A stretch of 64,000 bases of DNA from Raja brachyura (Eukaryota), in contig OY740807.1 in the NCBI GenBank assembly GCA_963514005.1, forward strand, positions 2,294,001 to 2,358,000, written 5' to 3'. The translations under genes and the position numbers were made by a program. How positions within the stretch are numbered: the stretch's first letter is position 1; each line of letters begins with the position of its first letter. Positions 1-10,765 of this stretch are shown in pieces. A model generated the notes under the pieces. The model saw only the letters and a list, made by a program, of their open reading frames with translations. It was not told the DNA's origin and made no database searches.

Positions 1-1116
1 GAGGGAGTTGCAGTTGGATGGAGCCTTGTGACGGCTCATGGCCTGAATGAGAACTTCTTCCTGGAGCTGATGGTTGTTGAGGAAGTCCACTGTGGCTGCC
101 AATTTCGAGTTCAGGGGAAGCCCAGACGTATGTGGGGCCGCGAACTTAGTGGCCACATCGAGAAGTTCCTCCGCTGGTAAATCTGACGGAGGTGGTATGG
201 AATCAACCAAAACCTCCTCATCCTGCTGCTCCAGGCTGATGGTGGAAGTTGGTGAAACAGCCCTGTGCCTGTCGCTGCTGGACGCTTGCTGCTGTTGACT
301 GTGAAGCAGGAGCTCCAGCAGCCGCTCCATACGGTCAATACGCCCTTCACCCTGAACACTCGGGTGGTTGGAGTCCTCCGGCTCTGAGAAATTGCCGGGG
401 CCCCTATCATCGGCCCGCACCTCATCGATGCCCACCCGGTGCCGGTAGTCGTCGCTAACAGCCGCCGAAGCGAAACTGCGCGATTCCCGCGCGGGCGTGT
501 TCAACCGCCTCCGTTTAGCGGGAGCTGAAGCCGCTGCCACTAAGGGCACTTGCGGCGTGGTGTCGGCACCAGCCGTAGCATGGATACCTGATGCCCGCGC
601 GGGCTTGCCGGCTGCCCACGTCGTGGACCTCGCCGACGCATGGTCTCGCCCACCCATCCATGGGGGACTCGGCGACCGTGACGAGACCCGACCCAACCGA
701 CCCATCCCGGCGTCGAGAGTTGGGGGGCGTCGACTGGACCTCACAGCCGCCCCGGGTCCCGCCCTGGAACCTGACCGCTCCTCGGCGGCAGGCAAAGCCT
801 TAGCCCCTACAGGGTTAGGCTTCCGGGCTCCTGCCCGTCCCCTACTCGGAGGGCTGAGTGAAAAGGGCCGTGCAGCTGCACGCACCCCTCTGCTCGAGAT
901 CGCCAGCAAGCCTGCTGACGACCTGACTGCCATGGCAGGATCCTCCTGCTCTGGCGGCACACCACACTCCTCCCCGTCGAACTCCTCCGAACTGTGGTGT
1001 GCTGGCGGATCCAGCCTGTAAACACAGGGCTTACCAATATTCCCGCCTGAATATTGGCTCCGGGACTGCTGACCGGCAACCTCGTCCAGACGTCCTCCGG
1101 CCCTTGGAACTCCCAT
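1..1116 (-). CDS. DIRS ORF1 (gag-like), partial, open to the window edge (>=372 codons)
   Basis: Manual translation shows no stop from ATG 1116 (alternative ATG 933) to base 1, ending ...IDRMERLLELLLHSQQQQ...ELLDVATKFAAPHTSGLPLNSKLAATVDFLNNHQLQEEVLIQAMSRHKAPSNCNSL. It is absent from the ORF track because it has no stop inside the window. Confidence 0.7.
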   Translation of the reverse strand, partial: MGVPRAGGRLDEVAGQQSRSQYSGGNIGKPCVYRLDPPAHHSSEEFDGEECGVPPEQEDPAMAVRSSAGLLAISSRGVRAAARPFSLSPPSRGRAGARKPNPVGAKALPAAEERSGSRAGPGAAVRSSRRPPTLDAGMGRLGRVSSRSPSPPWMGGRDHASARSTTWAAGKPARASGIHATAGADTTPQVPLVAAASAPAKRRRLNTPARESRSFASAAVSDDYRHRVGIDEVRADDRGPGNFSEPEDSNHPSVQGEGRIDRMERLLELLLHSQQQQASSSDRHRAVSPTSTISLEQQDEEVLVDSIPPPSDLPAEELLDVATKFAAPHTSGLPLNSKLAATVDFLNNHQLQEEVLIQAMSRHKAPSNCNSL

Positions 1117-1320
1117 CCATGTCCTTGCTGCAAGAAACAAATCAATACAACAAGGACCACCAACTTAAGGTAGGATACTTACCTCAGTGGTTCCCTTATG
1201 AAGGGCTGGCGAGGAGCGCGCTCCACCGCCAGCCGTCGCAGCAACGCGATACGACGATATGTCGAGCATGCGCGCCGGCGGGCTCTTCACGAAGTCACTC
1301 ACGTGACTCCGAAATGAAAT
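1..1320 (-). mobile_element. DIRS1-like retrotransposon, 5' portion (left terminus ~1320; runs off the window start)
   Basis: 1285-1320 (cttcacgaagtcactcacgtgactccgaaatgaaat) matches the ICR half at 4008-4042 of the neighbouring DIRS. This is the expected reverse complement of a DIRS left terminus. A long minus-strand gag-like ORF follows. Confidence 0.8.
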
Positions 1321-1572
1321 ATGTCGAGTATCAGCAAGGGGATTTCCTTCCAGCGCCTTGTTTAGGGAGTTGTTTAGTATGTAGTAGTAAACTTAGTAGT
1401 AAAGTATACTCTTGTTTAGTATGACTTGGGAGAAGCAGGGCAGGATGAAGCTGACCCTGATTCTGGTGTCCCTGCTCATGTGCACACACCAGAGCACAAG
1501 AGCCACGGTCCGGGTGTCCCGGATATTGCAATGAGTTTTGCTATTCCGGAGGGGACTGGTGAGGCAATGGAG

Positions 1573-2605
1573 TAGCAATGTTACAAAATTTTGAGATTTA
1601 AAAAATCAAGTCTTCAATTTATCCCATCAGATAAAGCATAAAAAGAAATTTAATTTGACACCTAATTCACTTTCATATCTTCAGTATTGAGAAAGTTATG
1701 GCCATTTTCATACTCGGAAATTAGCATCTTGTTCCCCATTGCCTTTCAATTGACTTAACTCAAAAGCTGTGATCTGGAACAGTTAAAAGCCCATAACTTT
1801 CTTAAAAATTAAGAGAACTCAATGAAATTTTCAGTTATTATAGATTGAAGCATTCTGAAACAAATATGAAATAATCTTACATGGATGACCTGAAATTCAA
1901 GCATATAATTAGTTAGTTATCTAATTGTAGCTAATTACAAAATTCAATGAGTACATCTAAACATCTATCCATTTCTTAAGAAAATATAAACTTTTTTAAA
2001 ATTGCCTAAGTGTCCAAATAACATTCACACAATTATCCACAATATAACATAATTTTAAAATCTCATTTTTATGAATTTCTGGGCCAGATGGAAGGAATTT
2101 AGTGTTTGATTCCTATAAATTAATGGCCATTTAAATCAACTAGCGAGTGGGTTTTAGTGGAATGCGGTGGATTGGAACGTTGCGGTTTGCGGTGAAGTCG
2201 GGAGGAAAAATACTGTTTGTTCATACATTTTTTTGGACCCCATTTCGCAACATGAAGATATTATTAAAGCCTCCCGAACAACCAACTTTTGATATAAAAA
2301 TAAACAATTTACCTTTTTTTCTCCCCTACGCAAAATCCTTCCGGTTGTCGGCGCTCACGGCTATTGAAGGTGATTTTTAAATTACTCTAGTTAATAAATA
2401 ATTTAGAGTAATTTAAAAATACCTTCATTCATGAAATGTCGGAGCGATTTTTCTTCCGCAATGAAATCGCCCGACATTGATCGATTTTCCCTGCCTGTGG
2501 AAAAACGGCAATTTAAGCCCACCCCCCTCTGAAAGGCGCCAAAATTGCGCACACGGGGAGCGGCAGAACTGCAGCGCTGCTCAAGGTAAGTTTTGTAACA
2601 TACCT
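1573..2605. mobile_element. Non-autonomous hAT-type DNA transposon inserted in the DIRS gag remnant
   Basis: Imperfect TIRs tagcaatgttacaaaa / ttttgtaacatacct and an 8-bp TSD caatggag (1565-1572, 2606-2613). Removing it restores the gag frame. Confidence 0.8.
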
Positions 2606-2786
2606 CAATGGAGGAGTACCTTGCCAACAATATCAATTATTTAGTGCCTCACCAGCTCCAGCAATCTGTGATGCAAGAGACAACAAGTCCCATTAGTACT
2701 CAGGATGATGGCTCAGCCATTCATGATGATTCCCAGCTGCAGTAATTTGTTGGTGCATCCGGTTACAGGAGAAAGTCACCCGTTAC

Positions 2787-3805
2787 ATGATAGTATCAAT
2801 TTGTTGGTCTGCAGGTTCTGAACAGACCATTCCAAGGCTTTGGAATGGTCTGTTCAGATTGTCGAACATGACCATGGAGGTTAATACTGCAGCCTGCATG
2901 AATAGCACTAAAAAACAATATGTGGTTCACATCAAGAAATGGGAGATGTTCTGTGTACAATCAAATATATCTTATCATACTGCAAGCATATGTGATGTGT
3001 TGGAGTTCCTTGCTAAGTTGCATTTTGATGAACACTTGAGTTATAGTGCTATTAACAGTGCTCGGAGTGCTTTGTCCTCCTATTTGGGGCAGTCTTCAGA
3101 ACAGCAACCTATCGGGTCTCATCCGTTAGTATCCCAATTTATGAGAGGAATTTTTAACAAAAACCCTCCTAAACCTAGATATACAGAAATCTGGGATATC
3201 AGTATAGTTCTCACACTGCTTCGGCAAAGGGGTCCAATTATGTCATTATCTATGCAGAAATTAACAGAGATAACGTGGTTATGCTAATGGCGCTGGTTTC
3301 AACACAACGCGTGCAAGCATTACAATTATTACAAATAGATTGTATGCATTTGTCTGTAGATGACATTACATTTTATGTCTATAATTTAATCAAACAAAGC
3401 AGGCCAGGTATGGCAGGAACCAAGGTGACGTTTAAAGCATATCCTGTTGACCAAATGTTATGTGTAGTTAAACACTTAAGCCAATATCTTGAGTTAACAA
3501 GGAGTCTCAGAGGTTCTGAGACAGGATTGCTCATTAGTCACAAAAAGCCATATAAAAGAGTGTCAGTACAAACTATTTCTAGATGGTTGAAACAGGTTCT
3601 AAATTATGCTGGAGTCGATATTCATGTATGTAATTCTCACTCCACCAGGGAGGCATCAACATCCGCGGCGAAGGCTCAGGACATGCCGCTAGACCAAATC
3701 CTCGCGGCCGCAGGATGGTCTAGAGAATCAACATTTTCACAATTCTATGACAAACCTGTACAGACAGTGCCATGGTTTGGGCATGCTGTTTTGGGTTCCA
3801 TTTAA
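2787..3805 (+). pseudogene. DIRS tyrosine recombinase, frameshifted near 3275
   Basis: ORFs 2787-3287 and 3275-3805 contain the SAM-like N-domain (LSYSAINSARSALS, HPLVSQFMRG) and catalytic motifs STQR, HSTR, AAGWS..TFSQFY. Confidence 0.9.
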
Positions 3806-4345
3806 TTCATTTGCTTTGTTTTTATATAATTGTTTATAATTTCCCCCTGGGACAGAGTGGTTATTACTGTTTTTGTTATTATTATTTAAAATAGTTATTG
3901 AATAATTTGAAGCAATGTTCAATATATTATTTACTCACTACTATGTCAACCGAAGCAGATTGTCGTATGGAGTGCATCTACGGCATGAAAACACAGAGCT
4001 TTAAAATCTTCGTGAAGTCACTCACGTGACTCCGAAGTAAAATAGTAAGATTAAATGAGAACTTACCAGTTCGAAGTTTGATCCTTATTGTATGAGGAGT
4101 TACGTTGAGGGATTACGTGCCCTCCGCTCCCACCCTCGTAATCTAAGAGATCATGTGGTTGTTCTAGTCTTCTTAAAGCCTTACTATGTTACTTCGGCTA
4201 TTTGTTTTCGGTGTTTTCACGCCGCTGCTTTGAAGTATGACGCGCATGCGCCTGGCGAGGCTTCTTCACGTAATCCCTCAACGTAACTTCTCATCAAATA
4301 AGGATCAAACTTCAAACTGGTAAGTTCTCATTTAATCTTACTATT

Positions 4346-4557
4346 CTCTGCCACAGAAGGTAGTTGAGGCCAATTCATTGGCTATATTTAAGAGGGAGTT
4401 AGATGTGGCCCTTGTGGCTAAGGGGATCAGGGGGTATGGAGAGAAGGCAGGTACGGGATACTGAGTTGGATGTTCAGCCATGATCATATTGAATGGCGGT
4501 GCAGGCTCGAAGGGCCGAATGGCCTACTCCTGCATCTATTTTCTATGTTTCTATGTT
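4346..4557 (+). mobile_element. CR1 LINE 3' end abutting the DIRS right terminus
   Basis: Same 3' UTR as the other CR1 copies, with a (ttctatgt)n tail. Confidence 0.85.
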
Positions 4558-5305
4558 TTTATTATTTCTTTTCACTTCCAAACAAAAATGTGGTTGGATT
4601 ATTCAGGGTATGATCAACCTGTGTCAATAAATCCTGGACCATGGTAACATTTATGCTTAACCATGCACACTAAAGATTGATGCAAGCATGTTTTCTGTGA
4701 AGGACTGAAAATTAGCATGGGTCTTTTCCTCTTGAATCTTCAATCATCAATCTCTGTTGTGCCCAGTCACAGCAAGGTGAGTTGCTAAAGAATTGAATCG
4801 ATCTGTTTGACACCTTTGAAGGTACACACAGTAACAACATCAAGAGGGGAAAAATAGATACATAATATATCCCTTCTGCTCCAGGATTTTGTAATTTAAA
4901 ATAAATAAAGAGAATGGAAGTGCACTTTTTATTTTAAGTGGATTTTATTTTTCTTGTAAAACACTTGTTACTGTATTTTTATTACCTGACCAGTCCTATA
5001 CCATACGTTAGAATGTACATCGTACCTCTTTCACTCTGTGCCCACTAAGAAGATGAATCATGGGAGTAGGTGACTATATTGAATCAATCATGGAACTTGG
5101 CAAATGAGATTGCCCAGAAGGGCAATAAAAATGGTTGGTGGTTATTTATTTTTTTTGGGGGGGAGGGGGGGGGGGGGGATATCAACTTTAAATGAACAGA
5201 AACATTATATTTGTGAGAACTTGTGTAACTTTTCAGCTTGATATTTAAACCATCTCCTGAAAAGCAAAGTAAAGACAAAGCTGTTCAACTACATGTAAAG
5301 TCACT

Positions 5306-5690
5306 TTAATTGTCACCTGAGTCGCTCTTGAGCAGAGCATCCTCCTCATCAGACTTGTCACTGTCAGGGTGAGGTCCCGAAGCAGCTGCTCCAGCTGGGT
5401 CTTCTCCCATGTCGGGCCTGCTTGCCCTCATCCCTCCTGCATGCCACAAGCTGATGGGTGGCCGGGGATCAAGGTCCTTGATGTTACTGGCATGCAGTGT
5501 GATGAGGAGCTGGTCCGTCACCTGGTTGTCCTGGAGGGAACTTCTGATGGTGGTCTTCAGCTGCTTCAGCCGGCTGAAGCTTCGCTCAGCCTCAGCTGAA
5601 CTTGACGAGGTAAGGACGAGGTCAAGGAGAGTGCAGATGTTGGGTAGCTCTTCTGGTGTGGGACTTCAGGAACACCAGAAGAGCTAGCCT
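5306..5690 (-). pseudogene. hAT transposase C-terminal dimerisation-domain fragment (ZNF862-like)
   Basis: Minus frame reads LPNICTLLDLVLTSSSSAEAERSFSRLKQLKTTIRSSLQDNQVTDQLLITLH, containing the hAT SxxxERxFS motif. Confidence 0.75.
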
Positions 5691-6028
5691 GTGACAGCTA
5701 GATCCCACTAATAGTGCTGCACATGCTGTATCACAACAACCCTTTCAGCAACATGTCTGTTACTTGGCACTACACTGGAGCATTCGGGGGAGCTACCACG
5801 CCCAAATTTCAGGGGGGGGGGGGGTTTCTGATGAAAATGTGGGGGAGAACTGGTAAGCGAGAGACAGAGAAAGACAGAAAGAGCAGAGGCAGAGACAGAG
5901 ATAGACAGAGGCAGATAGAAAGACAAGGACAGAGACGGGTACATGGATAGGTCAGGTTTGGAGGGATATGGCCCAAACGCGGGCAGGTCGCTTTGTTGCT
6001 TCTCTCCCCCTCCCGTGGGGTGAGGGTT

Positions 6029-6240
6029 TTAAGGGCCTTTCCAATATTTTCGGCGACAGCCTGAAAAGAGGTTGTCGTGTCATGGTCGGGTCGTGACACA
6101 TCATGACGCATGTAGTGACGCGCGGTGTCTCCCTGTCGCCCCAGGATTTTGAAAGGTTCAAAATCGAGGGGCGACATTTGTGTGTCTCATCATGTCGTGC
6201 ACCCTGTCACAGGCTGTCCTGCAGGTGACGCCCGGTTGAG
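6029..6240. mobile_element. Degenerate PIF/Harbinger-like MITE fragment
   Basis: Starts taagggcct, like the MITE TIR at 7445. Internal palindrome gattttgaa..ttcaaaatc. Confidence 0.4.
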
Positions 6241-7444
6241 GTTGGGGTTAGGGTCCACAGATGGGCTGTAAAATATTCTTCCTTCAACGCATGGATTTTA
6301 AACATGAATATATTAAAATTAACACAATAAATTCAATTGTGCAAATAAGAAGATGTCTGAATCGGTCAGATTTATTTTGTATTGGTCTGCTTCCAGGTCC
6401 AAATCACCGTCTCAGGGATTTGGATCTGGAAGGGATGGATTCACAGAGTGTAGACAGAACGCCTCTCTCCCCTCCATCCCTCTCTTCCCCCCTCCATCCC
6501 TCCTTCTCCACTCCCCCCCTACCCTTCTCCGCTCCCCTTCTTCCCTCGCCGCCTCTTCCTCCTCCTCCCCGCTCCACTGTTCTCCCTCTTCTCCACTTCC
6601 CCCACATCATCTGTTTTAGTAACATTGACTGGGATAAATGCAGACTTTGTGAACAACAACCGCCCCCCCCCCACCCCCCCCCTCCCTCTGCCCCCTCGCC
6701 TTGCTTCAAAATGGGTGGTGGGTATTTAGACTAAGTGGCCGGAGCAGGTGGGTGGCACTGGTAGATTGACAACATTGCCTGTACCCAGTTGAAAAGCCCA
6801 CTGTCTCTGGAGCTTTGGAGAAACCATTGGAAGAGAGATCTGTCTCTGGGACAACTCGTGACCAACAGTTTAGTGCAAAATATTGGGGGTTTGAGTTCAA
6901 CCCCTGGGGCCCCTGTGTCACCCGTGTCCCATTTAGCTCAAAGATAAAGTGCCCTTCGGCCCACCGAGTCCGCACCGACCCACACACTATCCCACACACG
7001 CCAGGGATAATTTATAAATACCAAGCCTAGCAACCTAGGGTTAGGGTTACCTCCCGCACTCCAAAGGTTTGTATATATTGTCCCTGGCCTGTGTGGGATA
7101 GTGTGCGGGGATCACTGGTCACAGGCTGGGTCCACAAATGGGGTTGTCGGGGAAAGGGGGCCGGAGAGGGGGGGTGGAGAAGGGAGGGAGAAGGGGACAT
7201 GAGGGCAGGTGGAGAAGGGGAAGAAGAGTGGAGCGGGTAGAAGGGAGGAAGAAGGGGAAGGGAAGAAGGGGGGGGAGGGGAAGGAAGAAGGGCAGGGGGG
7301 AGTAGGGAAGGGGGGGGAGGGGGGAAGAGGGGTGGAGGGGAGAGAGGAGTTCAGTCTACACGGACTGAATCCTGAAGGAAGAAGGGAAGAAGCGGCTCAG
7401 GAGCTCGACACAGCTGCAAATTGTTCTGTTGCTGTTGTTCCCTT

Positions 7445-7569
7445 AAAGGGCCTGCCCCACTTTCCAATTTTTTTAATGACTGTGGAGTGTCATTGACTGA
7501 CGCCTTTTAAAACCATCACTGATGCTCCGCAGTCGCCGAAAAAAAATCGCAAAGTGGCTCAGGCCCTTT
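7445..7569. mobile_element. PIF/Harbinger-like MITE
   Basis: TIRs aagggcctgccccacttt / aaagtggctcaggccctt flanked by TTA/TAA. Confidence 0.6.
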
Positions 7570-8421
7570 AAGGGAACAACAGCAACAGAACAATTTGCAG
7601 CGGTGTCGAGCGCCAATCCGCTGCCTGAGCCGCTGGTTCACAAACAAGCAGCAACTCCACAGGGCAAAGCAGGGAACAAGGATAAGACAGGAGCTCTCTG
7701 AGAAACACTGGCACAGTTTGCATCAGGCCATCCGCTGTCCACATCAGCCAAGCATTCCTTCGCTTGCCAAGCCAGGGAAAATGACTCGGCTTTTAGGTTG
7801 CCCGGCGGGCTTTAGGTGGCCATTGGCACCCGGGCAACCGTTCATTTTGAGACTTGCTGATCAGATATATCCAAGGACACTGTGGAAAGCTACAGAATAA
7901 ATTGTAGGAGGCCTTACTGAGAAAAATGAATCATCATTGGACTTGAATGAGGTGCCAGAAAACCCGAAGATGGGTAGGGCAGGCTAAGACTTCATTCCTT
8001 AGAACACAAGAGGCTGAGGAATGACCTTATAGAAGTGTATAAAATCATGAGGTGGATAGATAGGGTGACGGCATAGAGTCTTTTACCCAGATTAGAGAAT
8101 CAAAGGACATGAGTTTGACTTCCGGTGGCGCCATGTTACAATAACAGACGCTGCACGTAGCTCTGCTCCCTAAAATGCGCGATTTCTCGCGTTAAAATCG
8201 GGTCTACTGATCGGGACTGATTTTAAAAACTTACCGGAGCCTCTGGACGTTGGGCTGATTACGTCATCAGTAAGCGCTGTGAATTTAACGGAGGCTTAAA
8301 GCACTTTAAGTGGAAAATTTCTTCTCCTGGTAAGAGCACTCAGAGCACAGTCACTAAACACTCCTAGGGAAGCCAGACAAAGCCTGAAGAACGTATTTTT
8401 GAAGTAGCTTCTGAAGAAAAG

Positions 8422-9570
8422 GTGCTTTACGGCATTGCCACAAGATCTCAGACAGATTTGCCCAAGGACAAAGAATTTCAAGAATTAAAGCTTTCGGTAA
8501 GTGAACTGAAAGCTGTTAAGGTGGATGGAAAAAAGATGGAACAGATGATGAGAGTGATGATGGAAAAGATAGGAAAGCTGATGCTGAATATGACTGCTTG
8601 TAACCAGAATATTATTGAGTCTGTGAAGGATTTGATTGGCACTATTAATACAAAGAATTTCAAGAATTAAAGCTTTCGGTAAGTGAACTGAAAGCTGTTA
8701 AGGTGGATGGAAAAAAGATGGAACAGATGATGAGAGTGATGATGGAAAAGATAGGAAAGCTGATGCTGAACATGACTGCTTGTAACCAGAATATTATTGA
8801 GTCTGTGAAGGATTTGATTGGCACTATTAATAAACGAATTGACGATGTGAGAGATGAACTATCGGAGAGAATTGATAAGGGTGAAGAAGACACCGCGAAG
8901 CGGTTCAGTGCTGTGCTGGACATTGTCTCAACCTGTATGTCATCAATGCACGAGATGGAGGAAGAGATGGCAAGAATGGTGGAGGAGATGAAGAATGTGA
9001 GGTCAGAACAAGACCTTGCTACACGACGGATGGCACTCAGCTGGCTAAAGTTTCAGACAAATACCTGGACCTGGAGGCTCGTTCGAGACCCCAAAACCTA
9101 AGATTAGTTGGTGTACCAGAGGGAGCTGAGAGAGATAACATTCGCGAGATCGCTGCGGGCTTAATTAAAGCAACTCTTAACCTCCCTAACCAAAAATTGA
9201 AGTGGCACACCGAGTTCCTAGATTTGAACACAAATCTCATAATGGCTCAGGACATACACAACAGATTATTGTGAAATTCTGGGACATTTCTGACATGGAA
9301 GAGGTTATGAGGAATATCAAATATGGAGTGCCTCTGAAGTATGGTACAACAACTTTTAAAATATTCAGCGACTATCCCTATGAAATTATGCAAAAGCGAA
9401 ATCAGTTCTCTAAGGCAAAGCAGACTCTCCAAGAACAAAAGGAGGTTAGATATAGTGTTTACAATCCAGCTAAAATGCGTATCTCCTACAAGTAATAGCA
9501 AAAATCGTTCACAAATCCCGAGGAGGCATACAAATATGCTCTAACCATCATGGAACAGAAGGACTAGCTG
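8422..9570 (+). pseudogene. L1 ORF1 (coiled coil + RRM + CTD), frameshifted
   Basis: Coiled-coil region followed by NLRLVGVPEGAE, AHRVP, IIVKF, IFSDYP..IMQKR and YNPAKMRI motifs. Confidence 0.85.
8469..8832 (+). repeat. 182-bp tandem duplication in L1 ORF1
   Basis: 8469-8650 and 8651-8832 are nearly identical (one difference seen). Confidence 0.95.
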
Positions 9571-10647
9571 GAAAGGTTGGACAATATGGATACTCTCTCT
9601 TTTTACTATTGCACCCTGAATGGTGGCGTGCTGCCAGAAGAAGGAACTTTGTCTAGACGTCTTATCAGCGGAATGCTAACTCAAGGACATACTCTGTTCC
9701 AATGGAAGTGGGAAAAAGATAACCACCGAAATGAAGAGCTCAACAACAGACACTGGGCTAAGCAATTACAGTTGTATATGAGATCTAATGAATAACCTAA
9801 ATGGTATAGAATTAACATTTTTAATAATATTAACATAGAATATTAACATAGAAATAGTAATGAATGCTAATCAGAAATGTAGAAATGGTGATTTACAAAT
9901 TAACATTTATAATTTAACTTAATAATTCTCAAGTAGATTTATAACTGGGGCATGAGGGGCAGAGGCGGGCTCCTGACTCAGTTCCAGGAGCCAGAAATAG
10001 GTTAACCCCTTCAATCAACAGTTGATGATTTCCGAGGTTAAAATATACTTAAATAAATATACTAAAATATGCTTAACACTTAGTAGATAAAAATGATAGT
10101 TATATCTGGAAATATTGATGAAATGGATATATATACTGTAAATGGGTACTATACATTTGATTTTGAAACCGGTCCCGTTCCAGTATGTTATGATTACTTT
10201 AGGGAGTGGAGCTATTTGTTTGTTTATATCGACAACGGAAGTCGATAAAATGCTTTTTCCCACCTACAGGTGGGTCACTTGTTACAGTGTCGACAAGCTC
10301 GGACACTGTATTTTCACTTTTATTAGATTTTTTAAAATTACTACCACATTTAGTCACGTGTGTTTTTTTCTATTCAAGGACAATCGCAAAGGGAATCTAC
10401 TAATTGAACTTTGTAAGGTAAATAATCCCCCAATATCTAAAGACCTGAGGTACGGATGCACCGCAAGATACACAGGTATTAAATCTATTCAAAATGCAAG
10501 ACGATAACCAAAATAAACTGGGAGGAATCTCATTTTGTAGTTGGAACGTTGGGGGTATTAACAAACGCATTAAAAGGGGTAAGATTCTAGCTCAGCTGAA
10601 AGCATACAACACAGATATTGCTTTCTTACAAGAAACACATCTTAAAC

Positions 10648-10765
10648 TTCAGATTCAGATTCAGATTCAGATTCAATTTTAATTGTCATTGTCAGTGTAC
10701 AGTACAGAGACAACGAAATGCATTTAGCATCTCCCTGGAAGAGCGACACAGCAAATGGTTTGAAA
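10648..10765 (-). mobile_element. Short LINE 3'-end insertion with (ATCTGA)n tail (L2/Rex-like) inside L1 ORF2
   Basis: (cagatt)n run plus a short 3' UTR interrupts the APE domain between ETHLK and RVNWIG. Confidence 0.6.

Larger units (their letters stand above)
1321..4345 (+). mobile_element. Second, degenerate DIRS1-like element: gag remnant, internal deletion of RT/RNaseH, pol C-terminus, tyrosine recombinase, ICR and right terminus
   Basis: Gag remnant PDIAMSFAIPEGTGEAME|EYLANNINYLVPHQLQQ is homologous to the first element's gag. Pol C-terminal-like PLVLRMMAQP...HPLHDSINLLVCRF lies at ~2690-2820, followed by the YR ORFs. ICR 4041-4119 is an inverted repeat of the terminal 4267-4345. Confidence 0.85.

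Noticed and set aside
74-1424. Plus-strand ORFs (74-298, 497-1021, 999-1424 and others)
   Set aside because: Antisense shadows of the GC-rich minus-strand DIRS gag.
2787-3805. Phage integrase / prophage
   Set aside because: The tyrosine recombinase sits with gag and pol remnants and an ICR/terminal-repeat structure typical of DIRS, in vertebrate DNA.
7036-7050. Telomeric TTAGGG repeats (also ~6245)
   Set aside because: Only one or two units; not an interstitial telomere array.
6261-7496. Pro/Gly/Glu-rich ORFs (also 60714-61227 and 28000-28178)
   Set aside because: Artefacts of polypurine/polypyrimidine low-complexity tracts.
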